Assembly: GCA_964647545.1 (NCBI GenBank)
Contig: CAZYHS010000009.1
Coordinates: forward strand, 631-64,630
DNA length: 64,000 bases
Direction: 5' to 3'
From: an uncultured Pseudomonadota bacterium
GTDB taxonomy: Bacteria > UBA10199 > GCA-002796325 > 1-14-0-20-49-13
The translations under genes were made by a program, and so were the position numbers. Under the pieces are notes generated by a model. That model had not been told where the DNA came from and did not search any database. It saw only the letters and a program-made list of their open reading frames with translations. Shown here piece by piece: positions 9,087 through 18,900 of this stretch (its first letter is position 1; the number at the start of each line of letters is the position of its first letter).

Positions 9087-9159
9087 GCCGACATAGCTCA
9101 GCAGGTAGAGCACATCCATGGTAAGGATGGGGTCTGCGGTTCGATTCCGCATGTCGGCT
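9087..9159 (+). tRNA. tRNA-Thr (anticodon GGT)
   Basis: Acceptor GCCGACA/TGTCGGC, anticodon stem CATCC/GGATG with loop ATGGTAA, T-loop GGTTCGATTCC. Confidence 0.85.
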
Positions 9160-9198
9160 CAAACGGAAAATTTCGAGCCGTAAGCAGGAAAATATTTT

Positions 9199-9804
9199 AT
9201 GAAAAAGAAAATCATTTCGTGTTTTGCAATTGCTCTTTTTTCGTTGAATGCTTTTGCCGCCGAAGAGTCGCCGGTCGCCAACATTAAAGTTTCGCCCGAT
9301 CTTGGCAAGGCGCAGTGCATGTCGCAGCCCGGCAAAGGCCTGAAAATCGTTTGGGGCGGCGTTGTCGATCGTAGGGATTCGAAAGCCGTCGGCACCTTAA
9401 AGGTTCGCGGCAACGATCAGGTTGAAGTGATGCTGGCTCAAGACCCCGACGCCACGATAGGCGAAGCGGTCAAAACGGTTCTAAAAAATTGCGGTTACTC
9501 GGTCGAAACGAAAAAAGGCGCGGCAGGGATCAAAGCGGTTGTTACCCTGAACGAGTTTTTCGCGGGCTCTAAAAAAGGTTTCTTCATGGGAGAGACCGAG
9601 GCTAAAGGCTCCATGTCGGTCAGGTTCAGCGGCAACAACATGACCTACGATTATAATATGGGAGCGACGAAGTCGGACAAGAGATTGAAAAAGAAAAATG
9701 TCAGGCAGCTCGAAGAGGTTCTGAGCGGTCTGCTCGATGAAATTGTGGTGCAGTTGGGTGAATCGTCCGCTCTGACGGCAGAGCTTAAAAAATTAGGAGA
9801 ATAA
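9199..9804 (+). CDS. secreted hypothetical protein with a signal peptide
   Basis: N-terminus [23 protein letters not shown] is a classic SPase-I signal peptide. No recognisable catalytic motif. RBS GGAAAA precedes it. Confidence 0.6.
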   Translation: MKKKIISCFAIALFSLNAFAAEESPVANIKVSPDLGKAQCMSQPGKGLKIVWGGVVDRRDSKAVGTLKVRGNDQVEVMLAQDPDATIGEAVKTVLKNCGYSVETKKGAAGIKAVVTLNEFFAGSKKGFFMGETEAKGSMSVRFSGNNMTYDYNMGATKSDKRLKKKNVRQLEEVLSGLLDEIVVQLGESSALTAELKKLGE

Positions 9805-9892
9805 ACAAAGTTTTTTATCGCGCAAGGTCTTCCGTTTGTTGGCATGTGGCCGATCAACGGCAGCTCCGGTTGCGGTAAAGCGGAGGGAGAAT

Positions 9893-11098
9893 ATGGGTAA
9901 GGAAAAATTTGTAAGAACGAAGCCCCACGTAAACGTAGGAACGATCGGTCACATCGATCACGGTAAGACGACGCTGACAGCGGCTATTACCAAGGTCTGC
10001 GCCGATAGAGGTCTTGCAGCGTACATTCCGTACGACGAAGTTGCAAAGGCCAGCGAATCGCAGGGCCGCCGTGACGATTCAAAGATCTTGACGATCGCGA
10101 CATCGCACGTTGAATACGCCAGCGCCAACAGGCACTATGCCCACGTTGACTGCCCGGGCCACGCCGATTACGTTAAGAACATGATCACAGGCGCAGCCCA
10201 GATGGACGGCGCCATTCTCGTGGTCAGCGCAGCCGACGGCCCGATGCCTCAGACCCGTGAGCACATTCTGCTCGCGCGTCAGGTCGGCGTGCCGTACATC
10301 GTAGTGTTCCTCAACAAGGTCGATATCGTTGACGATCCGGAACTTCTGGAACTCGTCGAACTCGAAGTTCGCGACCTTCTTTCGAAGTACGATTTCCCCG
10401 GCGACAAGACACCGATCATTCGCGGCAGCGCGATGAAGGCTTTGTCGGGCGAAAAGTCGGACATCGCAGACGAGTCGATCATGAGATTGCTCGCAGCTCT
10501 CGACAGCTACATTCCTGAACCGGTCCGCGCTAAGGACAAAGCTTTCCTCATGCCGGTCGAAGATGTGTTCAGCATCAGCGGTCGCGGTACGGTCGTCACA
10601 GGCAGAATCGAACGCGGTCTCATCAAGGTCGGCGAAGAAGTTGAAATCGTCGGTCTGCGTCCGACATCGAAGACGGTTGTCACCGGCGTCGAAATGTTCC
10701 GCAAGTTGCTTGATCAGGGTGAAGCCGGCGACAACGTCGGATTGCTCCTGCGCGGCACGAAAAAAGAAGACGTCGAACGCGGTCAGGTTTGCGCCAAGCC
10801 CGGTTCGATCACGCCTCACAAGAAATTTAAAGCCGAAGTTTACGTTCTCACCAAAGAAGAAGGTGGACGTCACACTCCGTTCTTCAAAGGTTACAGACCG
10901 CAGTTCTACTTCCGCACAACAGACGTTACCGGCGTGGTGACGTTGCAGGAAGGTGTTGAAATGGTCATGCCCGGTGATAACACAAAGATGGACATCGAGC
11001 TCATCACCCCGATCGCCATGGAAAAAGAAGTTCGCTTCGCTATCCGCGAAGGCGGACGTACTGTCGGCGCCGGCGTTGTGACCGATATCGTCGAGTAA
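9893..11098 (+). CDS. tuf: elongation factor Tu
   Basis: [39 protein letters not shown], and a conserved C-terminus. The ATG at 9893 follows a GGAGGGA RBS. The longer track ORF from 9836 starts on TTG. Confidence 0.95.
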   Translation: MGKEKFVRTKPHVNVGTIGHIDHGKTTLTAAITKVCADRGLAAYIPYDEVAKASESQGRRDDSKILTIATSHVEYASANRHYAHVDCPGHADYVKNMITGAAQMDGAILVVSAADGPMPQTREHILLARQVGVPYIVVFLNKVDIVDDPELLELVELEVRDLLSKYDFPGDKTPIIRGSAMKALSGEKSDIADESIMRLLAALDSYIPEPVRAKDKAFLMPVEDVFSISGRGTVVTGRIERGLIKVGEEVEIVGLRPTSKTVVTGVEMFRKLLDQGEAGDNVGLLLRGTKKEDVERGQVCAKPGSITPHKKFKAEVYVLTKEEGGRHTPFFKGYRPQFYFRTTDVTGVVTLQEGVEMVMPGDNTKMDIELITPIAMEKEVRFAIREGGRTVGAGVVTDIVE

Positions 11099-11107
11099 GG
11101 ATAAATT

Positions 11108-11257
11108 ATGCGTTCGATTATTCAGTTAGCTTGCAGCGAGTGTAAGAACAGGAATTATTCAACAACAAAGAATAAGACCCGTACTCCCGACAAGCTGGTG
11201 TTCAAAAAATTCTGCCCGCATTGCAGAAAACATACGGAACACAAAGAGACCAAGTAA
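11108..11257 (+). CDS. rpmG: 50S ribosomal protein L33
   Basis: 49-aa [52 protein letters not shown], a CxxC...CxxC zinc-ribbon L33. It is below the ORF-track length cutoff. Confidence 0.85.
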   Translation: MRSIIQLACSECKNRNYSTTKNKTRTPDKLVFKKFCPHCRKHTEHKETK

Positions 11258-11328
11258 GTCTCAATGCAAATTGATGTGATTTTTTTCGCGCCTGCCCTCT
11301 AGAAATAGGGGGCAGGCTGCGGAATTTT

Positions 11329-11401
11329 AGGGGAGTAGCTCAATTGGCAGAGCATCGGTCTCCAAAACCGAGGGCTGCAGGTTCAATTCCTGTCTCCCCT
11401 G
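11329..11401 (+). tRNA. tRNA-Trp (anticodon CCA)
   Basis: Acceptor AGGGGAG/CTCCCCT, anticodon stem ATCGG-like with loop CTCCAAA, T-loop GGTTCAATTCC. Confidence 0.85.
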
Positions 11402-11437
11402 CAGGTAAGGACGTTAATTTTATAGAAGGTTAAATTT

Positions 11438-11812
11438 ATGATAAACACACAGCGCTATGTGAACATTGGTCTGGTAGGTGTCGCAATTGTTACTTATCTG
11501 TTTGTCATGCAGCTTGCCGACGCAATTTGGGGAGTTGTCAGACTTCCGGTGCCCTCGAGCCTTCCGTTCACGCCGGCGATTATGATCGGCGCGGTGTGCG
11601 GACTGGTTGTTTTTGTGATATTGAAACGCAGCTCGCGGGTTAACGTTTTTCTGAACGAAGTCGTCTCTGAACTGGCAAAGGTCACATGGCCTCCCAAAAA
11701 AGAGACTCTTCTTTCTACGGTCGTTGTCTCAATAATGGTCGCCGTGTGCGCGGTGATACTTTTTACATTTGATACGTTCTGGGGAACGCTTGTAAAGGCG
11801 CTCTACCGCTAG
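11438..11812 (+). CDS. secE: preprotein translocase subunit SecE (3-TM form)
   Basis: C-terminal LNEVVSELAKVTWPPKKETL followed by a TM helix matches the conserved SecE segment. Positioned between tRNA-Trp and nusG. Confidence 0.8.
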   Translation: MINTQRYVNIGLVGVAIVTYLFVMQLADAIWGVVRLPVPSSLPFTPAIMIGAVCGLVVFVILKRSSRVNVFLNEVVSELAKVTWPPKKETLLSTVVVSIMVAVCAVILFTFDTFWGTLVKALYR

Positions 11813-11819
11813 AGGATTT

Positions 11820-12350
11820 ATGTCTAAAAACTGGTACGTGATTCACACATATTCCGGCTATGAACAAAAAGCCAAGCAGGCTTTGCTTGAGAGAATCAAG
11901 CAGGAGCGCTGCGAGGAGTTTTTTGAAGAGGTTCTTATTCCGTCGGAAGACGTGGTGGAAATGAAGAAGGGCGTTAAGAAAACCAGCAAACGCCAGTTCT
12001 TTCCGGGCTACATGCTTGTAAAAATGGAGCTCAACGAAAAAACTTGGCATCTGGTCAAAGGCACCCCGAAGGTGACAGGCTTTGTCGGCGGTTCGATGAA
12101 TCCGCCGATCGTCCCCGAAGCAGAAGTTTTGCGCATCACGGCGCAGATCGAGCAGGGAACTCTTAAGCCGAAACCGAAAGTTCAGTTTGACAAAGGCGAA
12201 GAGGTTCGCGTCGTTAACGGCCCGTTCGCAACATTTTCCGGACTTATCGACGAGGTCAACGAGGAGAAGGGCAAACTTAGAGTTTTGGTCAGTATCTTCG
12301 GCAGATCGACCCCGATCGAATTGGATTTTACGCAGGTTGAAAAGGTATAA
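11820..12350 (+). CDS. nusG: transcription termination/antitermination factor NusG
   Basis: NGN domain (WYVIHTYSGYE), C-terminal KOW (GEEVRVVNGPFATFSG), conserved synteny. Confidence 0.9.
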   Translation: MSKNWYVIHTYSGYEQKAKQALLERIKQERCEEFFEEVLIPSEDVVEMKKGVKKTSKRQFFPGYMLVKMELNEKTWHLVKGTPKVTGFVGGSMNPPIVPEAEVLRITAQIEQGTLKPKPKVQFDKGEEVRVVNGPFATFSGLIDEVNEEKGKLRVLVSIFGRSTPIELDFTQVEKV

Positions 12351-12446
12351 CGCTTTCGAAGTTTTTGAGTTTGTTTGGTGAATTCACTTTACCGCTTGCC
12401 GGCGGGAGAACGATCCAGACGCCAAATGCAAGAATAGCGTTTCATT
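12351..12446 (+). promoter_or_regulatory. rplK-rplA leader, candidate L1 autoregulatory site
   Basis: 96-nt untranslated spacer with a CCGC...GCGG hairpin followed by GGGAGAACGATCCAGACGCC. This leader position is where L1 autoregulation operates in model bacteria. Confidence 0.25.
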
Positions 12447-12872
12447 ATGGCAAAGAAGGTAACAGCACAGATCAAGCTGCAGTGCCCCGCAGGTCAGGCA
12501 AATCCTGCGCCCCCGGTCGGACCGGCACTAGGTCAGCACGGCGTGAACATCATGGACTTTTGCAAACAGTTCAACGCCAAAACGCAAGCACAGGCCGGAC
12601 TCATCATCCCCGTGATCATCACGGTGTATCAGGACAGGACGTTCTCGTTCATCCTGAAAACCCCGCCAGCCGCCGTTCTTATCAAGAAAGAGGCAGGCAT
12701 TGCCAAGGGTTCAGGTGTCCCGAACAAAGAAAAGGTCGGCAAGATCAGCAAGGCCAAGATCGAAGAGATCGCCAAACTGAAAATGCCGGATCTCAACTGC
12801 AGTGATTTGGCTTCGGCTATCAGACAGGTCGAAGGCACGGCACGCAGCATGGGAGTCGACGTCGTCAAATAA
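12447..12872 (+). CDS. rplK: 50S ribosomal protein L11
   Basis: [37 protein letters not shown]. Confidence 0.95.
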   Translation: MAKKVTAQIKLQCPAGQANPAPPVGPALGQHGVNIMDFCKQFNAKTQAQAGLIIPVIITVYQDRTFSFILKTPPAAVLIKKEAGIAKGSGVPNKEKVGKISKAKIEEIAKLKMPDLNCSDLASAIRQVEGTARSMGVDVVK

Positions 12873-12905
12873 GACGGCCCGATCTAAAAGAACGAGAGGC
12901 TAAAA

Positions 12906-13598
12906 ATGTTATCAAAAAAATATAAAAAGAGTGCAGGTCTGACGAACGCCGAGAAGAAGTTCACGGTCGAAGAGGCGTTTCAGATCCTAGACAAGATGGA
13001 AAAAGCCAAGTTCGACGAGACGGTAGATGTCGCGATTAAACTTGGGGTCGATCCGAAACAGGGCGACCAGATGGTGCGCGGCGCAATTCCGCTTCCGCAC
13101 GGTATCGGCAAAGAAGTTCGCGTGATCGTTTTTGCGAAGGGCGAAAAAGAAAAAGAGGCGCGTGAAGCCGGTGCAATAGAAGTCGGCGCCGACGATCTGG
13201 TAGAAAAGATCAAGGGCGGCTGGTTGGATTTCGACAAGGCCGTAGCGACCCCCGACATGATGGGCGTTGTTTCAAAGATCGCTAAGGTCCTAGGCCCGCG
13301 CGGTTTGATGCCGAACCCTAAACTTGGAACGGTCACGTTCGAAGTTTCCAAAGCGGTCAGAGAGGCCAAGGCCGGTCGCGTAGAGTTCAAAGTTGACAAA
13401 CAGGCGATAGTTCACGCGTTGATCGGAAAAAGATCTTTCGGCGCTTCCAAACTTATCGACAACTTCAACGCTCTTTACGACGCGGTGCTGAAGGCAAAAC
13501 CGTCAGCGTCAAAAGGAACATACATCCGCAGCGTGGCGATTTCTTCGACAATGAGCCCATCGGTTAGGCTCAATGTCGGTGCGCTGAAGACCTTATAA
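12906..13598 (+). CDS. rplA: 50S ribosomal protein L1
   Basis: Conserved L1 sequence, operon position after rplK. Confidence 0.95.
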   Translation: MLSKKYKKSAGLTNAEKKFTVEEAFQILDKMEKAKFDETVDVAIKLGVDPKQGDQMVRGAIPLPHGIGKEVRVIVFAKGEKEKEAREAGAIEVGADDLVEKIKGGWLDFDKAVATPDMMGVVSKIAKVLGPRGLMPNPKLGTVTFEVSKAVREAKAGRVEFKVDKQAIVHALIGKRSFGASKLIDNFNALYDAVLKAKPSASKGTYIRSVAISSTMSPSVRLNVGALKTL

Positions 13599-13616
13599 TA
13601 ATTGGAGCATTATTTT

Positions 13617-14129
13617 ATGAACAGAACACAAAAAGTTGAAACGGTTAAGACATTCACGGAAAAAGTGAAAGGGGCGAAAGCCTTCGTCTTGGCTGAATAT
13701 GCCGGTCTTACGGTCGCACAGATGACAGATCTGCGCCGCAAACTGAACAAGAGTCAGTCGAAGGTAAGCGTTATTAAGAACAGGCTCTTCAAACGCGCGC
13801 TCAAAGATTTGTCGATCGAAGGACTTGATGAATTTTTGAAGGGACCAATCGCCGTTGCTTCATCGGACGCCGATCCGGTCATGCACGTTAAAGCTTTGGT
13901 CGAGTTCGCCAAAGACAACGAAAAGTTCAAGATCAAGGCGGGGCTGCTTGATGGCAAGGTCCTTTCGGCTAAAATGATCGATGACCTGTCGAAACTTCCA
14001 TCGCGCGAAGTCTTGTTGGCCAGATTGCTCGGTTCTATCAATGCTCCGGCGACGAACATTGTCGGCGTACTTGCCGCGGTTCCGAGACAGTTGGTCACGG
14101 TGATGAACGCAATCAAAGAGAAAAAATAG
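13617..14129 (+). CDS. rplJ: 50S ribosomal protein L10
   Basis: ATG at 13617 with a GGAG RBS (the track start 13602 is TTG). L10 fold, precedes rplL. Confidence 0.9.
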   Translation: MNRTQKVETVKTFTEKVKGAKAFVLAEYAGLTVAQMTDLRRKLNKSQSKVSVIKNRLFKRALKDLSIEGLDEFLKGPIAVASSDADPVMHVKALVEFAKDNEKFKIKAGLLDGKVLSAKMIDDLSKLPSREVLLARLLGSINAPATNIVGVLAAVPRQLVTVMNAIKEKK

Positions 14130-14241
14130 TAATTCACTTAATTGCCGGCGGCACTTTTAATTATAGCCGCGGCGCCCACTTGGCCGGATGGCTGAATGTA
14201 CAGTCTGTTCCGGGAGCATTTGGGGTGAATAAGGAGGCAAC

Positions 14242-14622
14242 ATGTCAGTATCAAGAGAACAGATTGTCGAAACTCTCAAGGGAATGACTCTTCTTGAAGT
14301 TTCAGAGCTCGTGAAAGAGCTTGAAACAACCTTCGGTGTGTCGGCTTCGGCTCCGGTCGCAGTCGCAGCGGTCGCCGGTGCAGCACCTGCGGCAGCAGCT
14401 GAAGAAAAGACCGAATTCACGGTCGTCTTAACGGACGCAGGCGCCAACAAGATCAACGTGATTAAGGAACTCCGCGCAGTTCTTCCGGGCCTTGGACTCA
14501 AAGAAGCCAAAGACCTGACGGAAGGTGCCCCGAAGACGGTCAAAGAAGGTGTTTCGAAAGACGACGCTAAGAAGATGAAGGAAGCCTTGGAAAAGGCCGG
14601 TGCAAAAGTTGACATTAAGTAA
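14242..14622 (+). CDS. rplL: 50S ribosomal protein L7/L12
   Basis: Ala-rich hinge ([20 protein letters not shown]) and conserved C-terminal domain. Confidence 0.95.
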   Translation: MSVSREQIVETLKGMTLLEVSELVKELETTFGVSASAPVAVAAVAGAAPAAAAEEKTEFTVVLTDAGANKINVIKELRAVLPGLGLKEAKDLTEGAPKTVKEGVSKDDAKKMKEALEKAGAKVDIK

Positions 14623-14650
14623 CAACTTAAAGTGACGGACTAAGCAATAG

Positions 14651-14698
14651 GTCAGAAGCGGCTAGTAAATAGCCGCTTCTGACTATTCGCGTTTTTTG
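14651..14698 (+). terminator. rplL-rpoB intergenic attenuator/terminator
   Basis: Perfect 14-bp stem GTCAGAAGCGGCTA/TAGCCGCTTCTGAC followed by TTTTTT. It sits at the position of the known rplL-rpoB attenuator in model bacteria. Confidence 0.7.
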
Positions 14699-14718
14699 AT
14701 CCTAAGCTTAATTTTTAC

Positions 14719-17700
14719 ATGGCTACAATGACGCCACGCCGTATTCGTCGGGATTTTTCCCGAATTAAAAAAGTTATCGACATTCCGAATCTGATAGAGC
14801 TGCAGAAAGCATCCTTTCGCCAGTTCATTCAGGAGGATGTCAATCCAAACGAGAGGCTTGACACGGGTCTAAACGGTGTCTTCAAAAGCTCCTTTCCAAT
14901 AAAGGACTTTAACAACACCGCGTCGCTCGAATTTGTCAGCTATCACTTGGACGAGCCGAAATACGACGTCCATGAGTGCCGCAGCCGCGGAATGACCTTT
15001 GCCGCGCCGGTTCGTGTGGTTGTCCGTCTTATCGTATGGGACAACAACGAATCGACGGGAGGTCAGACCATTCGTGACGTGAAGGAGCAGGAGGTCTACT
15101 TCGGAGAAATTCCGCTGATGACCGAAAACGGCACCTTCATTATTAACGGCACCGAGCGCGTGATCGTAAGCCAGTTGCATAGAAGCCCCGGTATCTTCTT
15201 CGAACACGACAAAGGAAAAACACACGCATCGGGCAAGCTGCTCTATTCGGCCCGTGTGATCCCGTATCGCGGTTCGTGGCTCGATTTTGAATTCGACGCA
15301 AAAGATATTTTGCACGTAAGAATCGACAGGCGCCGCAAACTGCCGGTGACTGTTCTTTTGCGTGCTTTGGGTAACTCGGTTGAAGAGCTGCTGAACTATT
15401 TCTACAAGAGCGAAACCCTCACTTGGGATGCGAAAAAACTCTATAAGAATTTCGTGCCGGAATTGCTCATCTTCCAGAAGGCAACGGCCGATGTTAAAGA
15501 TCCTTCGACAAACGAGACCATCGTTAAGAAGGGGAGAAAGTTCACACGCGTCGCCATCGAAAAACTCAAGAAGGCAAAGGTCGAGCAGATGCCCGTCGAT
15601 GCCGAAGAGGTAATCGGTCGCGTTGCGGCTCATGACGTGCTTGACCCCGACACCGGCGAAATATTGCTCGGCGTGAACGAGCCTATCACGGCCGACAAAC
15701 TCGAAAAAATTCGCGCAAGTAAAGCGACTAAGATCGACATGCTCTACATTGACGAGCTCAATGTCGGCGGTTATTTGCGCAACACCCTTTTGGTCGATAA
15801 AGTCAACTCGACCGAAGAGGCGATAATTGAAATTTACAAGCGTTTGCGTCCGGGTGACCCTGTCACTATCGAGACGGCTACGCGTTTCTTCGAAAATCTT
15901 TTCTTCAATCCGGAACTGTACGATCTTTCAAAGGTCGGTCGTCTGAAAATCAACCACAAGTTCGGTTTCGACGTCCCGCTTGAAGTCGGCACGCTCCGCA
16001 AAGAAGACATCATGTCGATCGTTCGCTATCTGCTTGATCTAAAGGACGGCAACGGCGAGGTCGATGATATCGATCATTTGGGCAACAGGCGTGTTAGACC
16101 GGTCGGCGAACTTTTGGAAAATCAGTTCCGCGTCGGTCTTGCCCGCATGGAACGTTCTATTCGTGAACGTATGAGCTTGCAGGAAGTCGATACGCTCATG
16201 CCGCACGATCTTGTGAACGCAAAGCCTGTCATGGCGGTCGTCAAAGAATTCTACAGCTCATCGCAGCTGTCGCAGTTCATGGATCAGACGAACCCGCTGT
16301 CTGAAATCACGCACAAGAGAAGGCTGTCGGCCCTCGGGCCCGGCGGTCTTACTCGCGACCGCGCAGGTTTCGAAGTTCGCGACGTTCACTATACGCACTA
16401 CGGCCGCATCTGCCCGATCGAAACTCCGGAAGGCCCGAACATCGGTCTTATCGCGAGCTTGTCGTCGTTTGCCCGCGTAAACGAGTACGGTTTCATCGAA
16501 ACCCCGTATCACAAAGTCGTTAACGGTCGCGTTACCGACGAAGTTATTTATTGCTCGGCCCTCGGAGAAGAAAAATATGTAATTGCTCAGGCTAACGCCG
16601 AAATTAGCGACAAGGGCGAGTTTAAAGTCGAGCCGGTTCAATGTCGTAAGAAAGGCGAGTACATACTTTCAAAGGCTACCGATGTTCAGCTTATGGACGT
16701 CAGCCCCAACCAGCTAGTTTCGATCGCAGCATCGCTGGTGCCGTTCCTTGAGAACGACGACGCCAACCGCGCATTGATGGGCGCAAACATGGAACGCCAA
16801 GCCGTTCCTCTACTGCGTGCCAAGGCGCCTCTTGTAGGCACGGGCATCGAGCGAATTGTCGCGCGTGATTCGGGCGTGACCTCGGTCGCCAAACGCGACG
16901 GCGTTGTTGTCAGCGTTGACGCCAATAAGATCGTCGTTAAACCCGACAAACCGTCAGCCGATAAAAAGAAGAAAAAGGGGAACGACCTCGACGTTTATAA
17001 TCTCATCAAATACCAGAGATCGAACCAGAACACCTGCATGAATCAGATGCCCATCGTTTTCGAGGGCGAAAGGGTAGGCGCCGGCGATATTATCGCCGAC
17101 GGCCCAGCGACCGACAAGGGCGAATTGGCTTTAGGCCAGAACATGCTGGTGGCTTTCATGCCTTGGGGTGGTTATAATTTCGAAGATTCGATTCTCATCT
17201 CCGAGCGCGTTGTCAAAGACGACAGCTTCACTTCGATCCACATCGAAGAATTTGAGTGTATCGCCCGCGACACCAAGCTCGGCAAAGAAGATATCACCCG
17301 CGACATTCCGAACGTTTCCGAAGAAGCCCTCGCAAACCTCGACGAAGGCGGCATTGTCCGCATCGGCGCCGAAGTGAAGCCGGGCGATATTTTGGTCGGT
17401 AAGATTACACCCAAAGGTGAGACACAGCTTTCGCCCGAAGAAAAACTTTTAAGAGCGATCTTCGGCGAAAAAGCAGGTGACGTTAAAGATACGTCGCTTC
17501 GTGTCTCCCCGGGCATCGTCGGAACGGTCATCGCCGCGCAGGTCTTTTCGCGCGAAGGTCTCGACCTTGAGAGCGATGCCGAGCCGCAGGATGCGGAGAC
17601 AGCGCGCCTTAAGAAGGAACTTGAGGCCGAACTTAAGAACGTTCGCGATACTGCCGCCAAGAGAATGAAAGCATTGCTTATCGGCAAGTCGAGCTCGTCG

Positions 17701-18828
17701 AAGGTTATGGCCGACGACGAAGAGACAATGCTTCTTGCCGCCGGCAAACGCATTACCGACGCGGTCCTTGAAAAAATTCCGCTTTCGAAATGGGGAGAGA
17801 TTTCCGTCTCCGGCGGCGAAGACGTAGAAGAAGAAGTCGCTGAAATCCTCGAAGGCCTCGAAGAGCAGGAAGATCTGGTCAAGATGATGTACGACCAGAA
17901 AATCACGAAGCTCAAAAAAGGGGACGAACTCCCTCCGGGCGTCATCAAGATGGTCAAAGTTTATGTGGCCGTCAAACGCAAACTGATGGTCGGCGACAAG
18001 ATGGCCGGTCGTCACGGAAACAAGGGTGTTATTTCCAGAATTCTCCCTGAAGAAGATATGCCTTACATGGCCGACGGACGTCCCGTCGACGTGGTGCTCA
18101 ATCCGCTCGGCGTTCCAAGCCGTATGAACGTTGGTCAGATTTTAGAGTGTCACTTGGGATGGGCGGCTCGCGGTCTGGGAGAACAGATCAACGAAATGCT
18201 CGCCGCGCAGTTCAACCGCGACGCGATCACTAAGGCGATTAAGAAAGTTTACAGTTCGGATGCCATGAACGATTTCCTCGAGCAAGCCACAGATGACCAG
18301 CTCAAGGATATGGCGACCAGCCTCAAAGGGGGCGTATTCTTCAACACGCCGGTCTTTGACGGTCCCCCCGAAACCGACATTAAAGATTGTCTCAAGCTTG
18401 CCGGCTTGCCGGAAGATGGCCAGACAATTCTTTTCGACGGTCGCAGCGGAGAGGCGTTTGCACAGCCTGTCACCGTCGGAATTATGTACGTTCTGAAACT
18501 GCATCACTTGGTCGAAGATAAGATCCACGCAAGATCGACCGGTCCGTACTCGCTTGTCACCCAGCAGCCGCTGGGCGGTAAGGCGCAGTTCGGCGGACAA
18601 AGACTCGGCGAAATGGAAGTCTGGGCCATGGAAGCTTATGGCGCAGCCAACACTTTGCAGGAGTTCCTCACGGTCAAGTCAGATGATGTCATCGGCAGAA
18701 CCCGCATGTACGAGGCGATCGTCAAAGGCGATCCAAACCTTGAGCCCGGGTTGCCGGAATCGTTCAACGTTATGATTAAAGAATTGCAGGCTCTCTGTCT
18801 TGACGCTGAACTGGTCGAACAAAAGTAA
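14719..18828 (+). CDS. rpoB: DNA-directed RNA polymerase subunit beta
   Basis: 1369 aa with conserved RpoB blocks throughout. Confidence 0.97.
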   Translation: MATMTPRRIRRDFSRIKKVIDIPNLIELQKASFRQFIQEDVNPNERLDTGLNGVFKSSFPIKDFNNTASLEFVSYHLDEPKYDVHECRSRGMTFAAPVRVVVRLIVWDNNESTGGQTIRDVKEQEVYFGEIPLMTENGTFIINGTERVIVSQLHRSPGIFFEHDKGKTHASGKLLYSARVIPYRGSWLDFEFDAKDILHVRIDRRRKLPVTVLLRALGNSVEELLNYFYKSETLTWDAKKLYKNFVPELLIFQKATADVKDPSTNETIVKKGRKFTRVAIEKLKKAKVEQMPVDAEEVIGRVAAHDVLDPDTGEILLGVNEPITADKLEKIRASKATKIDMLYIDELNVGGYLRNTLLVDKVNSTEEAIIEIYKRLRPGDPVTIETATRFFENLFFNPELYDLSKVGRLKINHKFGFDVPLEVGTLRKEDIMSIVRYLLDLKDGNGEVDDIDHLGNRRVRPVGELLENQFRVGLARMERSIRERMSLQEVDTLMPHDLVNAKPVMAVVKEFYSSSQLSQFMDQTNPLSEITHKRRLSALGPGGLTRDRAGFEVRDVHYTHYGRICPIETPEGPNIGLIASLSSFARVNEYGFIETPYHKVVNGRVTDEVIYCSALGEEKYVIAQANAEISDKGEFKVEPVQCRKKGEYILSKATDVQLMDVSPNQLVSIAASLVPFLENDDANRALMGANMERQAVPLLRAKAPLVGTGIERIVARDSGVTSVAKRDGVVVSVDANKIVVKPDKPSADKKKKKGNDLDVYNLIKYQRSNQNTCMNQMPIVFEGERVGAGDIIADGPATDKGELALGQNMLVAFMPWGGYNFEDSILISERVVKDDSFTSIHIEEFECIARDTKLGKEDITRDIPNVSEEALANLDEGGIVRIGAEVKPGDILVGKITPKGETQLSPEEKLLRAIFGEKAGDVKDTSLRVSPGIVGTVIAAQVFSREGLDLESDAEPQDAETARLKKELEAELKNVRDTAAKRMKALLIGKSSSSKVMADDEETMLLAAGKRITDAVLEKIPLSKWGEISVSGGEDVEEEVAEILEGLEEQEDLVKMMYDQKITKLKKGDELPPGVIKMVKVYVAVKRKLMVGDKMAGRHGNKGVISRILPEEDMPYMADGRPVDVVLNPLGVPSRMNVGQILECHLGWAARGLGEQINEMLAAQFNRDAITKAIKKVYSSDAMNDFLEQATDDQLKDMATSLKGGVFFNTPVFDGPPETDIKDCLKLAGLPEDGQTILFDGRSGEAFAQPVTVGIMYVLKLHHLVEDKIHARSTGPYSLVTQQPLGGKAQFGGQRLGEMEVWAMEAYGAANTLQEFLTVKSDDVIGRTRMYEAIVKGDPNLEPGLPESFNVMIKELQALCLDAELVEQK

Positions 18829-18900
18829 ATTTGACGGGTCTTTGAGGCTGCTTTTGCGTAGCATCGAGATACGCTTTAGCGGACGCGAAACCTGAAAATT

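Noticed and set aside
11291-11317. GC-rich hairpin CCTGCCC...GGGCAGG between rpmG and tRNA-Trp, as a possible terminator
   Set aside because: The T-run lies 5' of the stem on the + strand and there is no T-run 3' of it on either strand. It is more likely a processing structure for the tRNA-Trp precursor, or incidental.
12365-12805. 146-aa ORF in an alternative frame overlapping rplK
   Set aside because: Arg/Gln-rich low-complexity translation. rplK in its own frame is unambiguous.
14869-18015. Long antisense ORFs inside rpoB (e.g. 14869-15633, 17172-17957 and 17449-18015, all on the - strand) and similar ones inside rpoC, tuf and fusA
   Set aside because: These are shadow ORFs opposite highly conserved genes. 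They have no homologous motifs and overlap bona fide coding sequence completely.
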